The notes beneath the pieces are model-generated. The model was not told the DNA's origin. It saw only the letters and a program-made list of their open reading frames with translations, and did not search any database. A stretch of DNA of 64,000 nt from Parcubacteria group bacterium (GTDB lineage Bacteria; Patescibacteriota; Minisyncoccia; Phycocordibacterales; Zambryskibacteraceae). Shown here one piece after another: positions 27,592 to 35,872 of the stretch. Location: contig JAQBRH010000002.1 in NCBI GenBank assembly GCA_028286565.1, positions 145,876-209,875 of the forward strand. Reading direction: 5' to 3'. Each line of letters opens with the position of its first letter. Position 1 is the first letter of the stretch. The position numbers were made by a program, and so were the translations under genes.

Positions 27592-27693
27592 GACAACCTC
27601 CAGTTCAGGAAGTGTACTCAGGTTACCCTGAGCTTCCGCAGTTCTGCGGAATGTGAAAGAGCGCTACACTTGTAGCTTATCATATAAAATAGT

Positions 27694-27730
27694 ATTTGTC
27701 AATAGTTAGCTCCGCGGCTAGGCTCTCGAC
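27694..27730 (+). repeat. TTGTCAATAGTTaGCTC repeat fused to a second att-like partial copy of the tRNA-Asn 3' end (gctccgcggctaggctctcgac)
   Basis: 14 of 14 nt identical to the tRNA 3' end before divergence. Lies about 140 bp from the tRNA. Confidence 0.5.
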
Positions 27731-27869
27731 TACCGTCGCGGGTGGTTTTCGATCTCGATCTACTCGATAACGAAAACCCTTTCGAGCCCTAGACGCAAGC
27801 AGAGTCATCTGCTTGCTCCGGCGGAGCCGCAAAGCAAAACCACCCTCTTCGGGTGGTTTGTGCCAGCGG

Positions 27870-27942
27870 CTCCGCGGCTAGGGCTCGAACCTAGGACCTA
27901 GCGATTAACAGTCGCTTGCTCTACCAGCTGAGCTACCGCGGA
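27870..27942 (-). tRNA. tRNA-Asn (anticodon GUU)
   Basis: Reverse complement reads tccgcgg-ta-gctcagctggtagagc-a-agcga-ctGTTaa-tcgct-aggtc-ctaggttcgagccctag-ccgcgga-g. Confidence 0.9.
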
Positions 27943-28019
27943 ATTCTGAAATCATAATCAAAATCTTGCATTCGAGCAAGTTTTGGCTATGCTGTCTACG
28001 GACCCATACCCCTCGATGA

Positions 28020-28313
28020 ATGAGAATCAAGCGCGACCCGAAAAATCCCCACGGCGGCATAGTCTACTTTTCTACCCAGGAACTGCTCGACTACGGGTGT
28101 TCCCTGGCTAACCTGCTCACTGAACGAGATGTGAAAGAAGAGGCGGACTCCGGACTCGCCGGGATCCGCCTCGATAACCTGGGCAAGATCATCCTGTGGT
28201 TCGAGATACGAGTCCTGACCGACGAGGAAAGGAGGCTCTGCGACCACCTCCGGGTGGTCAAAGAAAGCATCCACCTCAAGCCCCGCATCGCTCTTGTGCA
28301 GGATGATTCGTAG
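28020..28313 (+). CDS. hypothetical protein (97 aa)
   Basis: ORF on the 5' side of tRNA-Asn with no recognisable domain. Confidence 0.3.
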   Translation: MRIKRDPKNPHGGIVYFSTQELLDYGCSLANLLTERDVKEEADSGLAGIRLDNLGKIILWFEIRVLTDEERRLCDHLRVVKESIHLKPRIALVQDDS

Positions 28314-28349
28314 ACGGAATTTTTTCGTCTTTTTTGTTATAATAAACAC

Positions 28350-28907
28350 ATGAAAAAGATCATCGGCCTCATCGCTGTGGTTCTCCTCGGCTGGGCAGTA
28401 TGGCACGCATACAAAACTTCTACCGCTCCCCAGGGGGCGGCTACAAGCACGGGGGCTACGGCTTCTGTCACTACCAAGCACCCGGATGCATCAGGAGCCG
28501 CCTTTATATTTGAGGACGGGGCCATCACCTTCAAGAACGGGAAATCAGAAATAAAGCTCCCGGACAGTTCGGCTCTCCAGGCGACAGAACTGACGAACAC
28601 GCTCGGATACGGAGATCTCAACAATGACGGCAAAGAGGATACGGCCGTAGTTATCATCCAGACCGGCGGAGGGTCGGGCACCTTCTTCTATCTCGGCGCC
28701 TATGTCTCGGGACCCCTCGCCTACAAAGGTTCGAATGCGGTCTTCCTCGGTGATCGCATCTCGCCTCAGACCGTATCCATAAAGAGCGGGGTGATCACCG
28801 TTACCTACCTCGACAGGAAACCCGACGAGCCGTTCGACGCAGAGCCGACGGTAAAAACTTCAAAGACCTTTATCGTGTCCAAGGGAGAACTTATCCCCAA
28901 AGAATAA
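28350..28907 (+). CDS. hypothetical membrane-anchored, probably secreted protein
   Basis: MKKIIGLIAVVLLGWAVW signal anchor. No recognisable domain. Confidence 0.5.
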   Translation: MKKIIGLIAVVLLGWAVWHAYKTSTAPQGAATSTGATASVTTKHPDASGAAFIFEDGAITFKNGKSEIKLPDSSALQATELTNTLGYGDLNNDGKEDTAVVIIQTGGGSGTFFYLGAYVSGPLAYKGSNAVFLGDRISPQTVSIKSGVITVTYLDRKPDEPFDAEPTVKTSKTFIVSKGELIPKE

Positions 28908-29262
28908 AACAACCTTGTTTGACACTCGGCAAGCTCGGCGGTAGGATTCTTCGTTAGATCTGTACCGTAGCACTCCGCCCGCTGTACCCTCCCCACAGTT
29001 CTACCTTTGGAGGAAGTGCCAGTGCCAAATCAGCAGGAGACTCAGGAACCCAGGCCTCCGGTCCCGCCGCGCACCTTTCGTCGTCCGGCAGACCTCGCCT
29101 CGAAGCTCGCGAGATCCGAAGCCTTTCGGGCCACCCTCTCGACCCTCATCCGGCAAGCCGAAGCCGAGTCTCCCCCACCCTCCAGCTGATCCGAACCTCC
29201 CTCGCCCTCCTAGGGCGTTTTTCATTGCTCAAATAAGCTTTTTGTGCTTTAATTGCATCCTT

Positions 29263-31047
29263 ATGGAAATCAGAAATATTGCGATCATCGCGCACGTCGA
29301 CCACGGCAAAACCACCCTTACGGATGCGTTAATGCGCCAGACCGGCATGGTCGAGGAAGGAGTATCAATGGACTCGAACGACCTTGAAAAGGAGCGAGGC
29401 ATTACTATCTATTCGAAGAACACTTCGATCTTCTACAAGGATACGAAGATCAACATCGTGGACACTCCCGGCCACTCCGATTTCGGCTCCGAGGTCGAAC
29501 GCGTGCTCCGCTCGATCGACACGGTGCTCCTCGTCGTCGACGCCCAGGAAGGCCCGATGCCTCAGACTCGTTTCGTGCTTAAAAAGTCCCTTGAGCTCGG
29601 ATTGAAGCCGATCGTCGTCATCAACAAGATCGACAAGCCGGCCGCCCGACCGGAGATCGTCCACGAGATGGTCCTCGAGCTTTTCCTTGAACTCGGTGCG
29701 AACAATGACCAGATCGACTTCCCTACGGTCTATGCGATCGGTCGAGAAGGCGTAGCCAAGCGAAATCTCTCGGACGAATTCAAAGATCTCACTCCGATGC
29801 TCGATGTCGTCCTTGAGCACGTTCCTCCGGCTGCCCAAAACCTCTCCGTTCCAGCTCGACTTCAGCCCTTTAACCTCGCCTATGACAACTTCCTCGGACG
29901 CCTCGCCATCGCTCGCATCTATGAAGGGACGCTGAAGAACGGACAGGAAGTGTTTGTGAAGAAACCGGATGGCAAAACGATCAAAGGCAAGATCACCAAG
30001 CTCTATACATTCGAAGGCATCAAGAGAATAGAAGCCGCTGAGGCCATCGCCGGAGACATCTGCATGTTTGCGGGTATTTCGGATATCTATATCGGAGACA
30101 CGGTTGTCGGAGACGAATCGGTCGAAGCCCTCCCGGTCATCAACGTGGACGAACCGACCATCTCCCTTAACTTCTTCGTGAACGACTCTCCGTTCGCGGG
30201 CAAGGAAGGCAAGTTCGTCACCGGCCGCCAGATCCGCGAGCGGCTCGAAAAGGAGCTCGAGGTGAACGTCGGACTCAAGGTCGACTTCTCCCAATCAGAT
30301 CGAATGACGGTCTACGGACGAGGAGAGCTTCATATCGCCATTCTCCTTGAGAACATGCGCCGAGAAGGATTCGAGATCCAGGTCTCCCAGCCCCACGTTA
30401 TTATGAAAGAAGAGAACGGCAAGAAGATGGAGCCGTATGAGGAAGTGGTCATCGACGTTCCCGAAGCAACTTCAAGCACCGTCATCTCAACTTTGAACAC
30501 GAGGCGCGCCCAGCTCATGGATATGCGCACGGAGAACGGACAGACCCGCCTCACCTTCGACGCACCTACCCGAGGACTCCTCGGATACCGCGGACAATTC
30601 GTCGTTGATACTAAAGGCTTGGGAATATTTTCATCCAGATTTACAGAATTCAAGGACTATGCCGGCGTGATCGACCACCACGATGTCGGATCGATGATCT
30701 CCATGGAGAACGGCAAGGCCCTCGCCTTCTCGCTCGATAATCTCCAAACTCGCGGAGTGCTCTACATCGCCCCAAGCGCTGAGATATACGAAGGCCAAGT
30801 GATCGGCAACACCTCAAAGGGAGACGACTTGTACGTAAATCCGACCAAGGGCAAGCAGCTCACGAACATGCGCGCTTCAGGGTCCGACGACAGCATCTTC
30901 CTCGTCCCGGCTTGGGAACTCACCATTGAACGGGCCATGGAGATCATGAAGGACGACGAATACATCGAGATCACTCCAAAATCCACTCGCCTCCGCAAGA
31001 AATTCCTCACTCAGCAAGACCGCTCCAAAGCAACCAAAAAAAGCTAG
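29263..31047 (+). CDS. typA: translational GTPase TypA/BipA
   Basis: [30 protein letters not shown] and NKIDK motifs plus EF-G-like domains. Confidence 0.95.
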   Translation: MEIRNIAIIAHVDHGKTTLTDALMRQTGMVEEGVSMDSNDLEKERGITIYSKNTSIFYKDTKINIVDTPGHSDFGSEVERVLRSIDTVLLVVDAQEGPMPQTRFVLKKSLELGLKPIVVINKIDKPAARPEIVHEMVLELFLELGANNDQIDFPTVYAIGREGVAKRNLSDEFKDLTPMLDVVLEHVPPAAQNLSVPARLQPFNLAYDNFLGRLAIARIYEGTLKNGQEVFVKKPDGKTIKGKITKLYTFEGIKRIEAAEAIAGDICMFAGISDIYIGDTVVGDESVEALPVINVDEPTISLNFFVNDSPFAGKEGKFVTGRQIRERLEKELEVNVGLKVDFSQSDRMTVYGRGELHIAILLENMRREGFEIQVSQPHVIMKEENGKKMEPYEEVVIDVPEATSSTVISTLNTRRAQLMDMRTENGQTRLTFDAPTRGLLGYRGQFVVDTKGLGIFSSRFTEFKDYAGVIDHHDVGSMISMENGKALAFSLDNLQTRGVLYIAPSAEIYEGQVIGNTSKGDDLYVNPTKGKQLTNMRASGSDDSIFLVPAWELTIERAMEIMKDDEYIEITPKSTRLRKKFLTQQDRSKATKKS

Positions 31048-31065
31048 TCCAAGGCGGTTCCTTGG
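31046..31065. repeat. palindromic element, copy 1 (aGTCCAAGG-cggtt-CCTTGGc)
   Basis: Hairpin between convergent typA and truB; related to the copies at 31119 and 49220. Confidence 0.45.
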
Positions 31066-31107
31066 CAAAAACGGTCCAAATTCGCGTTCTAAAATAAGGC
31101 TTAAAAG

Positions 31108-31139
31108 TTATCCCCACCTCCAAGGCGGGTCCTTGGACT
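31108..31139. repeat. palindromic element, copy 2 with a DnaA-box-like 9-mer (TTATCCCCA + TCCAAGG-cgggtc-CTTGGACT)
   Basis: Same module as 49201-49250 in inverted orientation. Confidence 0.45.
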
Positions 31140-31905
31140 AGAGGATATATTCGCCGACTCGGGTGCGCTTGATGGAGTATGCCAGGGCGCCCGTCTCGAA
31201 GTAGTCGCCCATGTCTTTGGCGAGGCTTCGTATGTACGTCCCGCTTGAAACACTGGCGGTAAATTTGGAAATGAGGAAATCGGCTTCTTTGGATAGCCGA
31301 ATCGTTTCCTGCCAGCCGCCGATGATCTCGTCTTGTCTAAAATCGCCCTTTACTAATTCGATCCTCGGAATGATCTCGTCGAGCAGGGCCTGTTTTGAAA
31401 TGAGGCGAGTGTCCTCATGTTGTATGGAAAATATCTTGATCCCCTTTTGAGGCACGTCTATCTCCTCGATCTTTTTCTCGCGGGCCCATTCAAACAGCGG
31501 TTTGCCTTCAACCGTTCGCGATGAATATGGAGGGTACACTTGGACCTTTTTCTTCCCTATCGTATCCAAGAGGCTCGGCATCCGCTCCTCAAGCTTTCGG
31601 GGCATCGCTCCTGATCCGTTCGTTACCACTCCAAGGATGTCATACGTATCGGTCTCAAATCCCCACAAGACCTCGAACTCATAGGTTTTGTCCGAAGCAA
31701 GGTAGATATCCTTGTCCTTCGTATTCCCCGCGAGGACTAAAAGCAGCCCTTCGGCCATCGGGTCGAGCCGGCCGAGGTAGGTCATCTTCTTCTCCTTATA
31801 TTCCGGCTTCGCGACTCGAAACCGCTCGATGCATTCAAGCGGCGTTTCGCCCATATTCTTGTATAAGGTGAGGACTTCTCCGGGCATTGGGCAAATATAG
31901 CACAA
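31138..31905 (-). CDS. truB: tRNA pseudouridine(55) synthase TruB-like
   Basis: YLGRLDPMAEGLLLVLAG resembles the GTLDPxAxGvL catalytic-Asp motif, followed by a PUA-like C-terminus. Confidence 0.75.
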   Translation of the reverse strand: MCYICPMPGEVLTLYKNMGETPLECIERFRVAKPEYKEKKMTYLGRLDPMAEGLLLVLAGNTKDKDIYLASDKTYEFEVLWGFETDTYDILGVVTNGSGAMPRKLEERMPSLLDTIGKKKVQVYPPYSSRTVEGKPLFEWAREKKIEEIDVPQKGIKIFSIQHEDTRLISKQALLDEIIPRIELVKGDFRQDEIIGGWQETIRLSKEADFLISKFTASVSSGTYIRSLAKDMGDYFETGALAYSIKRTRVGEYIL

Positions 31906-31932
31906 GAAAAGAGCCCCGGACGAATCGGGGCT

Positions 31933-32337
31933 TTATTTGCGCGAACGCTTGTTGAAGGAAGTGAAGGCGTCCACTCGGCGCGCTTCATCGAAAAGATCTC
32001 TTTCCCTCTGCGACGCCGGAGGAATTTTCCTGAACCATTCGCCGCATTTCTGGCTTAGGTCGTGGCTCAGCTTGGCGTGCATGAGGATCACGGTCGACGA
32101 ATCATGCGAGACGAATCCTTTGGCGTCCAAGGTGTTCATCATCACGGGTAGGAACTCCTCGTAGCCCTTGAGCATGATCGAGCATTCGCTCGGAGGAGCC
32201 ATGGCGGAGGGGGTTCGACCGCTCTTCGGCGATACGACGATGAGGGCGAGTAGACATGCCGCCGCACCGCTTTTGGCCACCATTGAAACATTGATCATGG
32301 ACGTACCTTGGATGAAAGGTGCCTGATCGTTCAACAA
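31933..32337 (-). CDS. hypothetical protein with an N-terminal hydrophobic signal
   Basis: ORF only. The real start is probably the internal MINVSMVAKSGAAACLLALIVVS. Confidence 0.35.
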   Translation of the reverse strand: MLNDQAPFIQGTSMINVSMVAKSGAAACLLALIVVSPKSGRTPSAMAPPSECSIMLKGYEEFLPVMMNTLDAKGFVSHDSSTVILMHAKLSHDLSQKCGEWFRKIPPASQRERDLFDEARRVDAFTSFNKRSRK

Positions 32338-32402
32338 AGTCTCGACTCATTCAATAGGAAAAGGCCTGGCGAGTCAAGGCTATAATTTGCTATACTTTCA
32401 CC

Positions 32403-33494
32403 ATGTCCAAGCTTGATACGGCCCCATATAAGGGCGTCCGGGATTTCTATCCCGAAGACCAGTTTATCCAGAATTATATTTTCGGCGTTTGGAGAAAGAC
32501 CCTCGAGCGATCCGGCTACGAAGAATATAACGCTTCCATCCTCGAATCGACCGAGATCTACAAAGAAAAATCGGGCGAAGAGATCGTGAACGAACAGACA
32601 TATACTTTCAAGGATCGGGGAGACCGCGATGTGACGCTCCGCCCGGAGATGACCCCCACGGTCGCCCGCATGGTCGCAGCACGCAGACGCGAACTCGGCT
32701 TCCCGCTCCGCTGGTATTCGATCCCCAACCTTTTTCGCTATGAAGCTCCTCAACGGGGACGGCTGCGTGAACACTGGCAATTGAATGCGGATCTGTTCGG
32801 AGTGAAGACCATCGAAGCGGACATCGAGATGATCGCCGTCGCCCACGCTATCATGAAGAACTTCGGCGCCAAGGACGAGGACTTCGAGATCCGCCTGAAC
32901 ACCCATTCATCCAAGGAGGACCTCGAGCAGGTCATCATCGGCCTTAAGTTCTCGGGCATTGAGAACGTCCGGATCGACGGGACGCTCGCCCGGGGCCAGG
33001 CGTACTACACGGGCGTGGTCTTCGAATTCTTTGATACAAACCCCGCAAACCCCCGCTCGATCCTCGGCGGAGGCAGATACGATAACCTTACGGCGCTCTT
33101 TGAGGATCACGAGATGCCGGCAGTCGGATTCGGTGCTGGTGATGTGACCATCAAAGATTTCCTTGAAACGCACGATCTCCTCCCGGAATACCGCCCGGCT
33201 ACAGATTTATTTTTGACTCTGAAGAGAACTGAAAATATCCAGATGATCGTGGATTTCTACAAAATGGTCGCCGAGCTTCAGAACGGAGGCATCAATACGG
33301 CCACCGACGGCAGTACGAGGGAAAATGGCGATATCTATAAAGCGGTCGAGCGACTTAAGATTCCCTTCGTTTCTTTCGTCGACGAGGAGGCTCTTACTAA
33401 AGGAGTGATCGTTATAAAGAACATGAAGACTCGAGAGGAGCACTCCGTCACTGTGAGCGAGACCGAGAAAATAAAAGAAATAGTCAAAGCCTAA
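32403..33494 (+). CDS. hisS: histidyl-tRNA synthetase, compact form
   Basis: Class II motifs (RPEMTPTVARM, GGGRYDNL) plus an anticodon-binding C-terminus. Confidence 0.9.
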   Translation: MSKLDTAPYKGVRDFYPEDQFIQNYIFGVWRKTLERSGYEEYNASILESTEIYKEKSGEEIVNEQTYTFKDRGDRDVTLRPEMTPTVARMVAARRRELGFPLRWYSIPNLFRYEAPQRGRLREHWQLNADLFGVKTIEADIEMIAVAHAIMKNFGAKDEDFEIRLNTHSSKEDLEQVIIGLKFSGIENVRIDGTLARGQAYYTGVVFEFFDTNPANPRSILGGGRYDNLTALFEDHEMPAVGFGAGDVTIKDFLETHDLLPEYRPATDLFLTLKRTENIQMIVDFYKMVAELQNGGINTATDGSTRENGDIYKAVERLKIPFVSFVDEEALTKGVIVIKNMKTREEHSVTVSETEKIKEIVKA

Positions 33495-34069
33495 TGCGTA
33501 AAATAGTCTTCGATATCGAGACCCGCAATGTATTCGCCGACGTCGGGAAGAACGATCCGACGCTCCTCGACATTGCCCTGGTCGCCATCCATGATTCGGA
33601 GACGAACGAGTTTTCTTCATACCTTGAAGAGGATCTGCCTAAACTTTGGCCCATCATCGAGCGAGCGGACATGCTTATCGGGTTCAACTCCGACCACTTC
33701 GATGTTCCGCTTTTGAACAAGTATTATCCCGGGGATCTTTCCAAGATAAAATCTCTTGATATTCTGAAGGAGATCCAAAAATCCTACGGCCGCCGGATGA
33801 AGCTCGATCAGCTCGCCGAAGGCACATTGAACAAGAAGAAATCCGGGCATGGCCTCGACGCCATCATGTGGTGGAGGCAGGGAGAGATCGAAAAGATCCG
33901 CACGTACTGCATCGATGACGTCAGGATCACCAAGGAGATCTACGAATATGCGACTGCCAATCAGAAGCTTCTGTTCAAAGAAGGCGGGAAGCTGAACGAG
34001 ATCAAGCTTGATACCAGCGAATGGGAAAAGCCGAACGAGAATATCCTAACCTTTACCCTTCCTTTTTAA
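33494..34069 (+). CDS. DEDD-family 3'-5' exonuclease (RNaseH-like fold)
   Basis: IVFDIETRN, FNSDHFD and YCIDDVRIT motifs form a DEDD arrangement. Overlaps hisS by 1 nt. Confidence 0.65.
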   Translation: MRKIVFDIETRNVFADVGKNDPTLLDIALVAIHDSETNEFSSYLEEDLPKLWPIIERADMLIGFNSDHFDVPLLNKYYPGDLSKIKSLDILKEIQKSYGRRMKLDQLAEGTLNKKKSGHGLDAIMWWRQGEIEKIRTYCIDDVRITKEIYEYATANQKLLFKEGGKLNEIKLDTSEWEKPNENILTFTLPF

Positions 34070-34087
34070 TTTCTTTTTAACTTTCCT

Positions 34088-34552
34088 ATGAACACATTTT
34101 TTATTTTTGGAGCGAAATACCTTGTTGCCCTTTCTCTCCTCCTCATCCTCTGGTTTTTCTGGAAATTACCCCGGGAGGAGAAAAAAGGTTTTGCCGTCGT
34201 CGGAGTTGTCTCCGCCATTCTCTCGTTTGTCATAGCTAAACTCGTTTCCCTCGCCTATATGGACCCGCGGCCGTTTGTCGTAAACCACGTCGCCCCGCTC
34301 ATCCCTCATGCGGCGGATAACGGCTTCCCTTCCGACCACGCTCTCCTTGTGGGTGTCCTCGCCGCGGTTGTAAGCCTCTACGATCGGCGATTCGGCGTAA
34401 TTCTCTGGGTGATCGCCCTCATCGTGGGGATCTCGCGAGTTTTCGTCGGAGTGCATCACCTCGTCGATATCCTCGGAAGCTTCCTTATCGCCATCCTTTC
34501 CGCCTATGCGGTCAAAAGGCTATATTCGAAGCGCACAAATGCTACAATATAG
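34088..34552 (+). CDS. PAP2-family phosphatase (BcrC/PgpB-like), small
   Basis: FPSDHALLVG...SRVFVGVHHLVDILGS. Confidence 0.7.
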   Translation: MNTFFIFGAKYLVALSLLLILWFFWKLPREEKKGFAVVGVVSAILSFVIAKLVSLAYMDPRPFVVNHVAPLIPHAADNGFPSDHALLVGVLAAVVSLYDRRFGVILWVIALIVGISRVFVGVHHLVDILGSFLIAILSAYAVKRLYSKRTNATI

Positions 34553-34570
34553 TTCATAAAATATAAACAC

Positions 34571-35362
34571 ATGGACCAAACATCAGCACCTAGGAAAGAA
34601 GACCGAAAACTTATTCCCCTCGCTATCGTTGTCGCCGGAGGATTGATCGCCGCCGCAATTTATTTCGGCGGATCACGGCCAGCTCCGATTGCACCGAATA
34701 CGAATACAGGAACCACGGCTACTATCGGCGCCATCGCTCCCGTATCTCCAAACGAGCACATCCTCGGGAACCCCGCCGCCAAGGTACTTATCGTCGAATA
34801 CTCGGATTATGAATGCCCGTTCTGCAAGAGCTTCCACACGACCGTTCATCAGATCCTGGATACCTACGGCAAAGACAACGTAGCCCTCGTCTATAGGCAT
34901 TTCCCTATCGCCCAGCTTCATTCCAAGGCTCCCAAAGAAGCCGAAGCGGCCGAGTGCGTAGCCGAGCAAGGAGGGAACACTGCCTTCTGGAAATTCACCG
35001 ACGAGATCTTCCAAAAGACCGGATCGAACGATACGCTTGATCCGCTCGAGCTTCCAAAAATAGCGGCTGATGCCGGCGTGGATGTCCAGAAGTTCAATAC
35101 CTGCCTCTCTTCGGGCAAATACACCCAAGCGGTGAGCGACGCCGTCGCAGCCGCCGTCAAGGCGGGAGGCCAAGGCACCCCATACTCTGTCGTGATCTTC
35201 AACAAGGACGTCTCCTCTTCACAAAAAACAGCCATCCTTAAAGGATTCGGAAATCAAGCAAGCGCCGTCACCTTCGATCCTGCAAAGAAAAACATGTTCA
35301 GCATGAACGGAGCTCTCTCCTTCCCGAACATCAAAGCCGCCTTCGACGTTCTGCTTAAATAA
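34571..35362 (+). CDS. DsbA-family thiol:disulfide oxidoreductase, membrane-anchored
   Basis: YSDYECPFCKSF carries the CPFC active site. An N-terminal TM segment is present. Confidence 0.85.
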   Translation: MDQTSAPRKEDRKLIPLAIVVAGGLIAAAIYFGGSRPAPIAPNTNTGTTATIGAIAPVSPNEHILGNPAAKVLIVEYSDYECPFCKSFHTTVHQILDTYGKDNVALVYRHFPIAQLHSKAPKEAEAAECVAEQGGNTAFWKFTDEIFQKTGSNDTLDPLELPKIAADAGVDVQKFNTCLSSGKYTQAVSDAVAAAVKAGGQGTPYSVVIFNKDVSSSQKTAILKGFGNQASAVTFDPAKKNMFSMNGALSFPNIKAAFDVLLK

Positions 35363-35367
35363 AAAAG

Positions 35368-35402
35368 ACCCGCTTCGCGCAAAGCGCTAGGCGGGTCAAG
35401 GC
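35368..35402. terminator. bidirectional terminator (aaaaaa-gacccgc...gcgggtc)
   Basis: Hairpin gacccgc/gcgggtc with an A-run on the + side and a T-run on the minus side. Confidence 0.55.
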
Positions 35403-35403
35403 A

Positions 35404-35724
35404 CTACTCCTCAGGATCGTCATCCTCGAAGTCGAGCTCAACGTCGTAGATGGAAGCAAGATACTCCCATTCAACAGCGCTGCTCTTGCGATATTCGAGA
35501 AAGTAATTGTATTCATACATACCCACAGGGCCTTCTAGTCTGCGGTGTGGAATACAATACTCGACACAGTAGCGAATCAAATCTTCTGTAGAAGACTCAT
35601 CGCTCCAAGTCCCTCTGTCGAGGATCCGTTCTCTCTTATCCGATACAATGTTCTGCAAACTGCCTGGACCGTCTTCGTACTCGATTCGGTTTCTGTACTC
35701 GGTTTCGATCAGTCTGTATTCCAT
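35404..35724 (-). CDS. acidic hypothetical protein
   Basis: A 106-aa ORF rich in Glu and Tyr. Confidence 0.4.
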   Translation of the reverse strand: MEYRLIETEYRNRIEYEDGPGSLQNIVSDKRERILDRGTWSDESSTEDLIRYCVEYCIPHRRLEGPVGMYEYNYFLEYRKSSAVEWEYLASIYDVELDFEDDDPEE

Positions 35725-35872
35725 ATCTTCCTCCTGTTAGGGTAAAAAGACATGGATGACTCGTTCTTGGTCCTTTCGGATGGGGCGAGTCCCCCTTACT
35801 GCCTTCCGCTGTACCCCGTAATCGGAAGCCGGATCTGGAAGTATATTAGCACATATAATATTAAAAGTCAAG

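Noticed and set aside
27996-28481. 161-aa minus-strand ORF
   Set aside because: It overlaps both the tRNA-Asn 5' flank and the better-supported + strand genes at 28020-28313 and 28350-28907. There is no RBS.
29007-29189. TTG-initiated 60-aa ORF in the GC-rich typA upstream region
   Set aside because: The GGAGG lies only about 3 nt from the candidate GTG/TTG start. The Pro-rich sequence is more likely a leader or UTR. It is kept as unresolved rather than called.
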